Source: an uncultured Spirochaetota bacterium
GTDB lineage: Bacteria > Spirochaetota > UBA4802 > UBA5550
DNA: 64,000 bases
Direction of reading: 5' to 3'
Assembly: GCA_963827275.1 (NCBI GenBank)
Contig: CAWHAA010000010.1
Coordinates: 224,001 to 288,000 of the forward strand
Positions 21,291 through 32,420 of the stretch are shown here, piece after piece. The notes under the pieces are model-generated. The model ran no database searches. It saw nothing but the letters and a program-made list of their open reading frames with translations, and was not told the DNA's origin. Each line of letters opens with the position of its first letter. Position 1 is the stretch's first letter. The position numbers and the translations under genes are program-made.

Positions 21291-22157
21291 ATGAAGACCG
21301 TTATCATTACGCCGAGTTACGCGCCTGACTTTGAGCGGTGCAAAATACTCTGCGAGAGCGTCACGAACTTTGCCACATCGTATGATCAACATATCATTAT
21401 CGTTGATGCCAGAGACCTTGCCCTTTTTCAGACACTCAAAGCCCCCAAGATCCGGATAATTACAAAAGAATCGATCCTGCCCCGGTGGATAAAAAAAATT
21501 CCCTTTTCAAAGAGATGGTGGTTCAGCTTTAAAACGCTTCCCGTGAGGGGCTGGATCCTGCAGCAGATAATAAAGATGTCCGTTGCCGAGCACATTGACG
21601 CGGACATGTACCTCTTCATTGATTCCGATATCATGCTGATACGGCCGGTGGACATGTCCTTTTTCATGAGAAACGGCAAGGTGCGGATGTACAGGTTCCC
21701 GCGCGTGAAAAAGGATTTCACCGAAAAGCGCCACATGGCGTGGTACCGTTATGCCGGCAAGCTATTCGGCCTCAAAGGCGAGGATTATTTACAATATGAC
21801 TATATCGGTCCTTTCGTTACATGGAGAAAAGACACACTGATAAAGATGAACAGGCATATTGAGAAATTGACCGGCAAAAAACACTGGCAGATGGAAATAT
21901 GCAACACGCTGGATTTTTCTGAATATATACTGTACGGTTTGTTCTGCGAGTTTATTCTCAAAGAAGACTCGGGGCATTACTTTGACGACACCATGATATG
22001 CCATACATCGTGGATTGAGCCCATCAACAATCTCGATGAGCTCGAGGATTTCCTGAAAAGAATAACCCCGGAGCATATCGGGATCTGCATCCAATCAAAC
22101 TTAAAAATTGAGCCTGACAAGTATATCGACTTCATCAGAAAAAATATACTCAAGTGA
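21291..22157 (+). CDS. DUF6492-like putative glycosyltransferase, paralogue 1
   Basis: 'ITPSYAPDFERC', 'RGWILQQIIK', DxD 'DSD', 'FSEYILYG'. Confidence 0.7.
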   Translation: MKTVIITPSYAPDFERCKILCESVTNFATSYDQHIIIVDARDLALFQTLKAPKIRIITKESILPRWIKKIPFSKRWWFSFKTLPVRGWILQQIIKMSVAEHIDADMYLFIDSDIMLIRPVDMSFFMRNGKVRMYRFPRVKKDFTEKRHMAWYRYAGKLFGLKGEDYLQYDYIGPFVTWRKDTLIKMNRHIEKLTGKKHWQMEICNTLDFSEYILYGLFCEFILKEDSGHYFDDTMICHTSWIEPINNLDELEDFLKRITPEHIGICIQSNLKIEPDKYIDFIRKNILK

Positions 22158-22431
22158 CCCCCGGCAGGAAAAAACATCGGTTTTTGTTGCGTTTCTTACA
22201 TAATTACATTCCTTACATATAAAACGTGCCCTCTCACTGATTATTTTCTTGCATCCCAGCCCTACTCCCTATACCATGTCTTATTCTGACAACAATGTGA
22301 TAGTGATGCATATTCAAAATCAGCGAAAAATCTGGTTGATGCATCTTTTTGGTTTTTTCTGTGGTGTAAACATTAATAAAACAAACACTATGGCTATACT
22401 TCGCTAAAATATCATTAAAAACCGAGGTCCC

Positions 22432-23298
22432 ATGAAAACAGTAATTGTAACACCGAGCTATGCTCCCGATTTTGAACGGTGCAAGATCCTCTGCGAAAGC
22501 GTAAAAAAATTTGTCACCTCCTATGATCGTCACATTCTCATCGTCGACAGAAAAGACCTGTCGCTTTTTAAAACGATCACAGGGCCAAAGATCGAGATAA
22601 TAACAAAAGAATCGATCCTGCCCCGGTGGATAAAAAAAATTCCTTTTTCAAAAAAATGGTGGCTCAGCCTTAAAACCCTCCCGATCCGGGGATGGATCCT
22701 TCAGCAGATAATAAAATTAGCCGTTGCCGAATTTATCGACGCGGACGTTTATGTTTTCTGCGACTCGGACATAATTATTGTCCGTCCCACGGATGCGTCG
22801 GTATTCATTAAAAACGAGAAAGTCCGCCTGTTCAGATTCCCGCGCGTGGAAAAAGACTTTACCGAACCGCGGCATGTAAGCTGGTACCGTACCGCGCAGA
22901 AAATGTTCAACCTGACCGGGGATGAGTACCTCCAGGGAGACTATATCGGCCACCTCATAACATGGCGAAGAGATACGCTCTTAAAGCTTAACAGATATAT
23001 TGAAAAAAGATACGGCAAAAAAGATTGGAAAACCGTCATGGGCAATACGCTTCATTTTTCCGAATATATTCTGTATGGAATTTTCTGCGAGTTTATCTTA
23101 AAGGAGGAATCCGGGCATTATGTGGACACGACGGATATTTGCCATTCATCATGGCATTATCCGGTTGACAATCTCGATGACCTCCGTACATTTTTGGAAA
23201 AACTGCGGCCGGAGCACCACGCAATCTGCATTCAATCCAATTTGAAAATCGAGCCGCATAAATATATTGATTACATAAAAAGCGTCATTGACAAATAG
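22432..23298 (+). CDS. DUF6492-like putative glycosyltransferase, paralogue 2
   Basis: Same length (288 aa) and motifs as 21291-22157; tandem duplicate. Confidence 0.7.
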   Translation: MKTVIVTPSYAPDFERCKILCESVKKFVTSYDRHILIVDRKDLSLFKTITGPKIEIITKESILPRWIKKIPFSKKWWLSLKTLPIRGWILQQIIKLAVAEFIDADVYVFCDSDIIIVRPTDASVFIKNEKVRLFRFPRVEKDFTEPRHVSWYRTAQKMFNLTGDEYLQGDYIGHLITWRRDTLLKLNRYIEKRYGKKDWKTVMGNTLHFSEYILYGIFCEFILKEESGHYVDTTDICHSSWHYPVDNLDDLRTFLEKLRPEHHAICIQSNLKIEPHKYIDYIKSVIDK

Positions 23299-23310
23299 CA
23301 CGGGATAACA

Positions 23311-24204
23311 ATGGGGAACTCAATATCAGTAATAATACCATCATATAATTCGGATAAAACAATACCCCATACCCTCGAAAGCCTCAGGGGCCAGAACAGG
23401 GAGTATCTGAAAGAAATTATCATCGTGGATTCCTCGGACAACGAGGGGATGAAAGATGTCATAGCCAGATACAAGTCGGACACAACGATATTCGTTAATG
23501 CGGGCACCCGGGTCATTCCCTCGAAGGGAAGGAACATAGGCGCCGCCAGGGCCCGGGGAGATATTTTCGTTTTCCTTGATGCAGACGTTATCCTTAAAAA
23601 CGATTATATCGATCTCGTGGTTGAAGCGTTCCGGGATGGCGTTCTCGCGGGATGCGGAGGGATCGGCATCCCTGAATTTCAACGGGACATGGACATCGTG
23701 GTGGCGCAATATTACTTCCAGCTGAGTGAATATATACCAGTTGGCAGGACCAGGCACAAAGAGAACATGGCGGGCTGCAACTTGTTCTGCAGCAGGGAAA
23801 TCTTTTTCGCCGCTGGCGGTTTCCCCGAGATCCGCGCCACCGAAGACGTACTATTCGGCATGAACGTGAACAAAATCACCCCGACATGGTTCGTCCCGCA
23901 GGCCACAGTCATGCATATCTTCAGGGAGGACAGGGACGGATATTTGAACAACCAAAAACTGCTGGGGACCTATATCGGAGTGCTACGGTCAAACCAATCC
24001 GGGACGTTCATATACCGGGGGATAATGCCGGTCCTGCTCATGCCCCTGTTCTTTTTATATAAATTCTGCCTGGTTCTTTCCAGGGTCCTCGCGGCGGGCG
24101 GCACCCATCTCCTGCGATTGATCAGGGTATTACCGACTGTCACCTCCGGCGTATGGTACTGGACCATCGGCATGGTCCGTGGCGCGATGGGCTCTGTCAG
24201 ATGA
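23311..24204 (+). CDS. Glycosyltransferase family 2
   Basis: 'SVIIPSYN', 'IIIVDSS', 'GRNIG', 'FLDADV', 'TEDVLF'. Confidence 0.88.
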   Translation: MGNSISVIIPSYNSDKTIPHTLESLRGQNREYLKEIIIVDSSDNEGMKDVIARYKSDTTIFVNAGTRVIPSKGRNIGAARARGDIFVFLDADVILKNDYIDLVVEAFRDGVLAGCGGIGIPEFQRDMDIVVAQYYFQLSEYIPVGRTRHKENMAGCNLFCSREIFFAAGGFPEIRATEDVLFGMNVNKITPTWFVPQATVMHIFREDRDGYLNNQKLLGTYIGVLRSNQSGTFIYRGIMPVLLMPLFFLYKFCLVLSRVLAAGGTHLLRLIRVLPTVTSGVWYWTIGMVRGAMGSVR

Positions 24205-25360
24205 AAATTCTCATATTCAGGGACAGTATAAAAAAATATTTGATTATTATAAACAGCATTCTCCTGCTGCTGCTTGCGCTATCAACTCTATGGCCCCTTG
24301 AGTTCAATCCAGAAAACAGGGTTTACAGGCTGCCGGGCGGTACCGGCCTCTTATTTGACAGGGGAGGCATGGTAACCGAGCATGACAACAATGAAGGGAT
24401 GGCGTCTCTTCTCGCGAAGCACCCGGACATAGCCCAGCTGAGCTTTGAAGTATTTTTAAGGCCCCTCTCCCGTCACGGAGATACCACCTCGGTCATCCTG
24501 TGCTTATACAACGATCACAACCCGGAGATACTCGAGATATCGCAATTTGACTCAAGTCTGGTCGTGCAGCACCGCCGGAGCCATTCCTATTTCAAAAACA
24601 CCTACCACGAGATATACGTCCCCGGCGTTTTACTGCCTGGAAAAAAGTCACTCATTACCCTCGTAATAAACAATGAAGGCGCCAGGGTGCTTGTAGATGG
24701 AGATGAAAAAGCCTATTCCCCGGCCTTTACACTGCGTAACACCATGAATGAAATTCGAAATTCACATCTTCTCCTGGGGAATGACCCGACGGTAAATGAT
24801 CCCCTCCATGCCGAATTGCATGGAGGGGCTATTTATGCGGCAGCACCGGAAGGAAAGAACATATCAAGGCATGTTGACCTGTGGAAGCAAAATAAATTTA
24901 AAGCTCTTTCCCGGGAAAAAAACATTGTCGCGCTCTACCCGATTTCAGAAAAAAAGGGCCCGTCCTCCATAATGTAATCAATGATGCAAACAACCTGCAT
25001 ATCCCCGGTACCTTATTTGCCCTGCACTACGTCTATCTCGGGCCGCCATGGCAAAATTTCTGGAAAGCAAGGCTCTTCTATATCGATTGCATAATGAATA
25101 TTCTGGGCTTTATACCGGTGGGGTTTTGTCTTATTGCGCTGCTTGTCGCTTGCTTTAAAAAATATCCGATGCGTTTCAATATGCTCGTTGTACTTATCGG
25201 GACATGCCTGAGCCTCGCCATAGAATCATTCCAGGTATTCATTCCGGCGAGGACATCATCAATAACCGATCTCGTGTTCAATTGCGCAGGATCAATTCTC
25301 GGCGTGGCGCTATTTCGTTATGCATATAACAACCTACGGATACGAAAAGAAGCACGATAA
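24201..25360 (+). pseudogene. LamG/ConA-like + VanZ-family membrane protein split by a -1 frameshift at ~24949-24956
   Basis: ATG 24201 overlaps the upstream stop; frame 0 ends at 24977, but the -1 frame from 24953 reads KGPVLHNVINDANNLHIP...NILGFIPVG...IESFQVFIPARTSSITDLVFN (VanZ motif). Confidence 0.7.
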
Positions 25361-25370
25361 CAGGACATGC

Positions 25371-25883
25371 TCAAACAACCTTTTCCTCTTCGAAGCCCTC
25401 AAACCATCTCATCTCGTCAACAGTAAAGCAGTCCGCGAGCCCGAGGTCCGTAAAATAGTCCCTGAGTATCTTGAGGTGCAGTATTTCTTCCTCTTCTTCG
25501 GTGTAACCGGCGCTCTTTGAATTGATTATATCATGATAGGTCTCATCGACCCATTTGAAGAAGGACCCGTCTTTCTCGCTGAATATGACCCAGCTTGCGA
25601 CCATGTCGAACTTCAGGGTGTCCACCGCCCTGTTAAACTCGTCATCCGGCACCACCATGAGAGAGGTGGCCATTTCGGTCTGAAAGTAATCTCCCCAGGT
25701 AACGATGGTGGGGCGGACGCCGTATTTTTTCCTGAGCTCTTCCGCGGTTTCCTCGCGAATATACGCCTTCGTGGAAATCCTGTCGATAAAATCCTTTACG
25801 TAAACAAGGCGGCCGACCCTGCCGATACTGATAGTCCCGTCATTCACCATCGTTATGAGAGATTCGTTGATCAGGTCCTGCAT
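25371..25883 (-). CDS. Conserved-looking hypothetical protein
   Basis: 170 aa, AAGGAGG RBS, coding-like codon use. Confidence 0.7.
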   Translation of the reverse strand: MQDLINESLITMVNDGTISIGRVGRLVYVKDFIDRISTKAYIREETAEELRKKYGVRPTIVTWGDYFQTEMATSLMVVPDDEFNRAVDTLKFDMVASWVIFSEKDGSFFKWVDETYHDIINSKSAGYTEEEEEILHLKILRDYFTDLGLADCFTVDEMRWFEGFEEEKVV

Positions 25884-26009
25884 GGCAGCCTCCTTAGCCG
25901 GTATGCGTGGTATAATTATTCATCGGCATTTTACAGACAGCCGCATAGCATAATTTTCACAGGACCGGGTAGTGGCCTTCCGGATTCTATCGCCGGCGGG
26001 GATTCATCT

Positions 26010-27092
26010 TCAGCGTACAAACGGTGATCGCCTGGCGAATGTGCCGAAGGCGCACTGCCCTGCATGCTCTGATACAAATTCAAGAAATCGGGTCAGGCTT
26101 TTTTCATTTGATTTTGTGAATAATTTCGAGTGTCCGATGATGACCAGCGGGAGATCGTACTCAAGGTGCCCGTATTTTTTTAGCGCGCGCTTCAGCCCGC
26201 CGATCAGCTGGCCGCCCGTGCACTGATTAAAATCCATCTTCCAGGCATGTCTCCTGACAAGCATTCCCCCTTTCGAGAGCAATTTTGCGGAGAGCGACCG
26301 CACCTGCACAGGCCCGCCGGCGGGCTCCTCCGAACCAGCCGGGCCGTCACCGAGCTGATGCATGAAACCGGTTATGACCCGGTAGAACCGGTTGAGGGAT
26401 ACAAACGCCCATATCAGCCGTTTCTCGCAGTAGATCGGTATCTCGCAGAGCTTGCTGTCAGGGTCCATTTCACATATGTTTTTTTCGCTGGCCTGCCAGG
26501 GAATTAGCTCCTGGCAGGCGTTTGAATAATCAAAATTCACCAGCCCCTCGCGGCCGCCGTATTTAAAAACCGAGGTGTCGATTGAAAATCCATTTTCAAC
26601 CAGCGCCCTCACGATATTTTCAGACGGCTGCATGGACCAGTTCGCGGCCCGGAACGCAAAGCACTCATAATCAGGCTTCACGGGCTTTAACAGGGACTCG
26701 AGAAATTCCTTCCCGCCCCCGATGATTTCATCCAGGCGCTTATAGCGTAACCGCGCAAGGTCATATTCAGAATAATCCTGCTCCCATCCGCCATTCGTAT
26801 AAACGGCGTTATAATAGGAAGAATGGACATGAAGCTGCACATCATGCCCGGTCCTGACCGCCCGTTGCAGCTGCTCAACTATCGCATCATAATGGAATTT
26901 GTCCCGGCCTTCCCTGTCCCGGTATTCCCTGAATTTCATGATTTCAGCGACATCCGCCATGATAGTCAGCTTCGCCCCGTACCTGTCAAAAAGCTTCAGC
27001 ATGCGGTCGGTCGGCTCGACCATCAATTCAAGGGGGTCGCCCTCGCCGTTTCCGTGTATCTCGTGGTCGGAAGTGAACACTATTTTTAACAT
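26010..27092 (-). CDS. Polysaccharide deacetylase-like (CE4 superfamily) protein
   Basis: 'TSDHEIHG', 'GHDVQLHVH', 'AFRAANW', 'IDTSV', 'IIGHSK'. Confidence 0.7.
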   Translation of the reverse strand: MLKIVFTSDHEIHGNGEGDPLELMVEPTDRMLKLFDRYGAKLTIMADVAEIMKFREYRDREGRDKFHYDAIVEQLQRAVRTGHDVQLHVHSSYYNAVYTNGGWEQDYSEYDLARLRYKRLDEIIGGGKEFLESLLKPVKPDYECFAFRAANWSMQPSENIVRALVENGFSIDTSVFKYGGREGLVNFDYSNACQELIPWQASEKNICEMDPDSKLCEIPIYCEKRLIWAFVSLNRFYRVITGFMHQLGDGPAGSEEPAGGPVQVRSLSAKLLSKGGMLVRRHAWKMDFNQCTGGQLIGGLKRALKKYGHLEYDLPLVIIGHSKLFTKSNEKSLTRFLEFVSEHAGQCAFGTFARRSPFVR

Positions 27093-27101
27093 CGCCTGCC
27101 T

Positions 27102-28241
27102 TTATCGGGAAGCATAGTATTCGGAAAGGATAGCGACGATCTGCCTGCTGGTCGTTCCGTCGCCGTAGGGATTGACCGCAGTGGACATTTTCGCATAATG
27201 CCCGCTATCGTTGAGAAGCCGGTTTGTTTCATCGACAATCTTCTTTCTGTCCGTGCCGACGAGCAGTGCGGTGCCGGCATCAATGCCCTCGGTCCTCTCC
27301 GTCACGTCCCGCATCACGAGGACCGGTTTTCCCAGGGAGGGCGCCTCTTCCTGAATGCCGCCGGAATCGGTAAGGACCAGGTATGATTTATTCATAAGCC
27401 ATATCAGATAGGGATAGTCAAGGGGCTCTATCAGGTGGATCCTTTTCTCGTTTTTAAGTATCCTGTTAACAGGCTCCCGCACGTTGGGATTCAGGTGGAC
27501 CGGGTACACTATCTCCACGTCGCCGTGAGTACCGGCTATCTCCTTCATCGCCTCGCACATGTGCTCAAACGGCGCGCCGAAGCTCTCCCTCCTGTGTCCG
27601 GTTACGAGTATTATTTTTTTCGTGAAATCAACGAACTCGAAGTAGTCATGGAACCCGGCCTCGCCCCTCTCCCTGATGATGTCCAGGCCCATGAACAGGG
27701 CGTCAATAACGGTATTGCCAACATTCCATATATTTTCCGTTATGCCTTCGCGCTGCAAGTTTTCGACCGCGCGGTCCGTGGGAGCGAAGTGGAACGTTGA
27801 AAGATGGCCGGTCAGTATCCTGTTGCCCTCCTCGGGAAACGGCGACAGCTTGTCGCCGCTCCGCAGCCCCGCCTCAAGATGGGCGACTTCCGTCTTGGTA
27901 TAATACCCCGCCAGGGAGCCGGTCAGCACGGTCGTTGTATCGCCCTGCACGAATATCAGGTCCGGCTTCAGCTCATCAAGCACCTTCTGCAGCCCCTTCA
28001 GGGACATGATGGTGACATCAAACAACGATTGTCCCGGCTTCATGATATCAAGATCATAATCCGGCTTGATCCGGAAGAAATCAAGGACCTGGTCGAGCAT
28101 TTGACGGTGCTGGGCGGTGACGCATACGCTGACATCGAACCTGTCGGGATTTTTCTGGAATTCTTTTACCAGGGGCGACATTTTTATCGCTTCCGGACGT
28201 GTACCGAAAACAAATAGAATTTTAACCTGTTTTTTGTTCAT
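27102..28241 (-). CDS. wecB: UDP-N-acetylglucosamine 2-epimerase (non-hydrolysing)
   Basis: 'FGTRPEAIKM', 'VQGDTTT', 'HLEAGLRS', 'TDSGGIQEEAPSLGKPVLV', 'NPYGDG'. Confidence 0.97.
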   Translation of the reverse strand: MNKKQVKILFVFGTRPEAIKMSPLVKEFQKNPDRFDVSVCVTAQHRQMLDQVLDFFRIKPDYDLDIMKPGQSLFDVTIMSLKGLQKVLDELKPDLIFVQGDTTTVLTGSLAGYYTKTEVAHLEAGLRSGDKLSPFPEEGNRILTGHLSTFHFAPTDRAVENLQREGITENIWNVGNTVIDALFMGLDIIRERGEAGFHDYFEFVDFTKKIILVTGHRRESFGAPFEHMCEAMKEIAGTHGDVEIVYPVHLNPNVREPVNRILKNEKRIHLIEPLDYPYLIWLMNKSYLVLTDSGGIQEEAPSLGKPVLVMRDVTERTEGIDAGTALLVGTDRKKIVDETNRLLNDSGHYAKMSTAVNPYGDGTTSRQIVAILSEYYASR

Positions 28242-28544
28242 TGTGTTACCCGGGATAGTCTGTATATATTATTGAATTAAAAGAAACGGCATTTATTTAA
28301 AATTTGGAACAGTCATTTCTTTATTAATTGACACAAGAATGGGAAATATTAAATAATAGTCAACTATAATCACAATATCGATCATGTTCCCCGATTGATT
28401 TTAATAGACTTCCAATCGGGACAGGAAACGTTATTAGAGGCCTTTATTTGTCTATGACGAATTATATGTTTCCGCAAGGCACGGATTTCTGATATAATTT
28501 TTTACAATTCACTGTTTATGATATAAAAATTTGAGGACAAAAAG

Positions 28545-29303
28545 ATGCGGGTAAAAAGAATAACCATCATGGATACGCCGGTCGATCCATTAACGATGCA
28601 GGAGACAGTAGCATTAATTGACAGCGCAATAAAAGCGAAAAAAAAGATGCAGCAGTCCGATGTCAACGCATCAAAAATAATAATGATGAAAAAAGACCCC
28701 GCGCTCCGGGAAGCCGTCGTCAACTGCGACCTCATCAGCGCTGACGGACAATCGGTCGTATGGGCCTCAAGGTTACTGGGACATCCATTGCCGGAACGGG
28801 TGACCGGCGTCGATTTGATGCAAAACCTGGTAAAACTCGCCCATGAAAGAAAATACAGGGTCTTTTTCTTCGGGGCGAAGGAAGAGGTCGTTAAAAAAGT
28901 TGTGGAAGTGTATTCGGAACAATATTCCCCGGGCATCATTGCCGGGTATAGAAATGGATATTACAAGCAATCGGAAGAACCTGACATTGCCAGATCAATA
29001 GGCGCCGCCAAGCCGGATATGCTGTTTGTTGGAATGCCGTCTCCGACTAAAGAAATCTTTTTGCATAAATACTCCAAGATCCTCAATGCCACATACACGA
29101 TGGGCGTCGGTGGAAGTTTCGACGTCGTATCTGGTACTATTCCGAGGGCTCCGCTATGGATGCAACGCATGGGTCTGGAATGGGCGTTCAGGCTGATCCA
29201 GGAGCCTGGAAAATTATGGAAAAGATACCTGCAGACAAATTCATTGTTTATTTATTATTTGCTGCAGGAGCTTGTTAAAACAAGAATAGCTCCGAAGCAA
29301 TAG
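28545..29303 (+). CDS. WecB/TagA/CpsF-family glycosyltransferase (ManNAc(A) transferase)
   Basis: 'ADGQSVVWAS', 'ERVTGVDL', 'GVGGSFD', 'RAPLWMQRMGLEWAFRLIQEP', 'LWKRY'. Confidence 0.93.
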   Translation: MRVKRITIMDTPVDPLTMQETVALIDSAIKAKKKMQQSDVNASKIIMMKKDPALREAVVNCDLISADGQSVVWASRLLGHPLPERVTGVDLMQNLVKLAHERKYRVFFFGAKEEVVKKVVEVYSEQYSPGIIAGYRNGYYKQSEEPDIARSIGAAKPDMLFVGMPSPTKEIFLHKYSKILNATYTMGVGGSFDVVSGTIPRAPLWMQRMGLEWAFRLIQEPGKLWKRYLQTNSLFIYYLLQELVKTRIAPKQ

Positions 29304-29618
29304 TAGTCATTCATCCATAATTGTATATCTCTCAAGCCGGGAGAACATTTCAATTCACGCGGGATATAAATCATTTAACGTCGCATTACATCCGCCCGCC
29401 CGGGCCGCCTTCAGCTATCCGTTGTTGAATCATAATGAAGAGATTTCCCACATTTTCACATATTATAATTGACTGATTAACAACTGCGTATATCCTGTGT
29501 GTCATAGTAAGGGGACATCTGCGAACGTTTGCATTCCCGGCGCTGGCAACAGCGGGGTGTTTCATGCGTTTCCCGGCGTCACCCTTCCAATAAACAGCGG
29601 ATTTGAAGCAGAGATGAC

Positions 29619-32412
29619 ATGGATGCGCGTTCCGATATACTGAATACAATCAAGATCAACCAGCAGAAATTTCAGAACTATAACGCATTAAAGCTCGGCA
29701 ACCTCCAGCGGTCCCTGTCGGAGCAGCAGGCGACAATACTGCTCGAACTCATCCCCTATCTTCTCAACGTGAACACCGCCGGGCTGCCCGGCCACGTCCC
29801 GGCAGCGAACATGCCCGCCGGAGTATACGACTTTGTCCCCTCCCCGCGGCTCATCGATTTCATTTCGAAGCGCTTTCCCGACTCGGGGGTCACCCGGAAC
29901 AGGGTGGACAACCCGTTCATCCTCATGATGGCGCTCATCGGCAGCTGCGGCACGATCGCCTATACCAGACAGTCGGACTTTGACTTCTGGCTCTGCTACC
30001 AGGAAGGGAAATACGACAGGGAGGCCATCGGCCTGTTCAAGACAAAGCTCCGCACCATCGAGGGCCTGGCATATGAAAAATTCAACATGGAGATACACTT
30101 CTACCTGAACGAAATAGGCCGTGTGCGGAACAACATCTTCGCCGATGACGGGGAAGAGCTTTCCGGCTCCTCGATCGGCGAGCTCCTGAAGGAAGAGTTC
30201 CTCCGGAGCTCCATCGTGCTGAGCGGCAAGGCCCCCTTCTGGTGGGTCGTGCCCACTGACACCGATAACGCGACCTACGACACCTGGCTCGAGGCGGCAA
30301 AAAAATCCGACATGGCGGACCGCTTCATCGACCTGGGCAACCTCTACAGCATCAAGCAGGAGGACTTCCTTGCCGCGGGGCTCTTCCAGATACTCAAGTC
30401 CCTCGGCAACCCCTTCAAGTCGATCATCAAGCTCGGCCTCCTGGAGCGGTACATCAACAACTACATGGACAACCCGTTCATCTGCAACATCATCAAGAAG
30501 AACATCCACGAGGGCAACCTGGCCTACGACCACATCGACGCATACATCATCATGTTCAACTACGTGTACGACTACTACAACTCGATCGTCAAGGACAGGG
30601 ACGCCCTGGACGTCATCAAGACGTCGTTCTACCTCAAGGTCGAGCCGGTCCTGTCGCGCAGCCTGTCCGGAAAGCAGGAGGAGGGGTACAACCCGGACAA
30701 GACCCGCATCATGCTGGAATACGTGAAAAAATGGGGCTGGGCCGCGGCAAAGATCAGGGAGATGGACAATTTCAACAACTGGAGCATCGAGCCGGTGAGC
30801 CGGCTCCTGAACAACGCGAAGAAATTCGTCCTCCAGGAGTACCGGCGCATCCTGGGCAATATCGAAGACGCACAAGGTCAAGCACAAGTTCACCGACGAG
30901 GAGATCAAGGCGATAAGCCGAAAGATCTACTCGCACTTCCAGGTGTCCGACAACAAGATCGACAACACCCTGAGCTTCAAGAACTATCCGCCCGAAAAGC
31001 TTTTAAAAATCGAATATGTCCGCGACCAGAAGGGGAACGAGACATGGTTCCTGTCCAAGCGCCTCATCGTCGACAACCACCCGAACATCGTCATCATCCA
31101 CAAGGACAGGACGCTGCTCGGGCTCTCGGTCTGGGTCAGCCTGAACGGCCTGTTCAAGAAGGACTACACGAGGCTCGAGATCGACACGGGCCTCCACAGC
31201 CTTGAAACGAACTTCCTCCGCGAGCTCATATCCGACATCTCAACGAACTTCATGTTCAAGAAGATCAACGCCTTCCGCGAAGACTACCTGAAAGACCCCT
31301 ACCCGGTCATGAGCTATGTCATCTTCAACATCTACTCAAAGTACTCGCGCAAGATCGACGAGATCTTTTTCCTCTACCACGACAGCTGGGGCTCAACCAG
31401 GTTCGAGACCTTTAAAAGCGAGATGGACCTCGTGCAGGTACTGGTGCGGGCCCTGAACGGCTGCATCGCCACGAAAAGCGATTACACGAGCGCGATGAAC
31501 GTCGTTTCCTCCTCGCCCTTCAGCTCGACGAAGGACTTTATCCGGATCAAGACGTTCATCAACGACCTGTTCTCCTTCTTCCTTGACGGCAACGCCGACG
31601 CGAAGAAAAGCTACGTCACCATGATGGGCAACCAGTACCTCATCTTTTACACCAGGAAGACCGGCGCTTCCGCGGTCATCGACACGATCCTCTGCGATTC
31701 CGAGGCGAAGATGATGTTCAGCCTCTCGTTCAACTACGGGCTGAAAAACATGATCCGGGTGGACCCGTCCATCAAGGAGCTCAACTTCCTGAAGACCATC
31801 ATCGACAATTCCAGCAACGAGGCGATCCAGATATACTTTGACAGCGACCGGAAGTACTCGCTCTTCTACGTGATCGACGAGAGCGGGTCGCTCTTCTTCT
31901 ACCGGAAGCCGGCCGACCTGCTGTTCGATTACCTGACGCGGCTCTACCTCTTCGCGAAGAACGTGGCGTCGCAGGTGGTCCGGCAGAACCCCGCCTCGTC
32001 CCTCCGGCTCAGGGAAAACCCTGTCGAGATATTCCAGATGAAAAAGGACCTGTACATGAACTATTCGGTCACCAGGATTGATCCCGAGCACTCGGTGAGG
32101 ATAGAAGATTTGCAGAAAAAGATCCAGCCGTGCGGCCTGGCGGTAGCGATGGACGCGAACCGGGAAATGTTCTACAGCATCACCCTGCCCGACGGGAAGC
32201 AGTCGGAGCCCTTCTCCAAGCACAGCGTCGTTCAGTTCGTGAAAAAACTCAACGGGGTCCTCGATTCGAAGGACTACCGGCCGTTCGTGACCGCCGTCGA
32301 CCTGACACGCCTCCAGCACAAGTATTTCCGCTTCTATTCGTCATATTCCTTCTACGAGAAGATGCGCGCCGAGCTCATGCTCGAGGGCGCGCAGGCGCAG
32401 GCGAATAAATAA
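29619..32412 (+). CDS. cyaA: Class I adenylate cyclase, frameshifted at ~30864 (~930 aa if corrected)
   Basis: 'IGSCGTIAYTRQSDFDFW', 'EIHFY', 'LLKEEFLRS', 'GKAPFWW', 'PFKSIIKLGLLERY'; the +1 frame after ATC-G continues KTHKVKHKFTDEEIKAISRKIYSHFQVSDNKI into ORF 30943-32412. Confidence 0.8.
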
Positions 32413-32420
32413 CGCCCGCC

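Noticed and set aside
25094..25360. Stand-alone vanZ glycopeptide resistance gene
   Set aside because: It is the C-terminal part of a frameshifted LamG-VanZ fusion; no van cluster
30866..31205. C-terminal ~110 aa of the 528-aa ORF
   Set aside because: Out-of-frame read-through after the frameshift; the true sequence continues in the next frame
29688..32319. Long antisense ORFs (406 aa, 308 aa) and similar ones opposite proA, CNNM, the kinase and the acyl-CoA ligase
   Set aside because: Shadow ORFs caused by strong codon bias on the coding strand; no recognisable motifs
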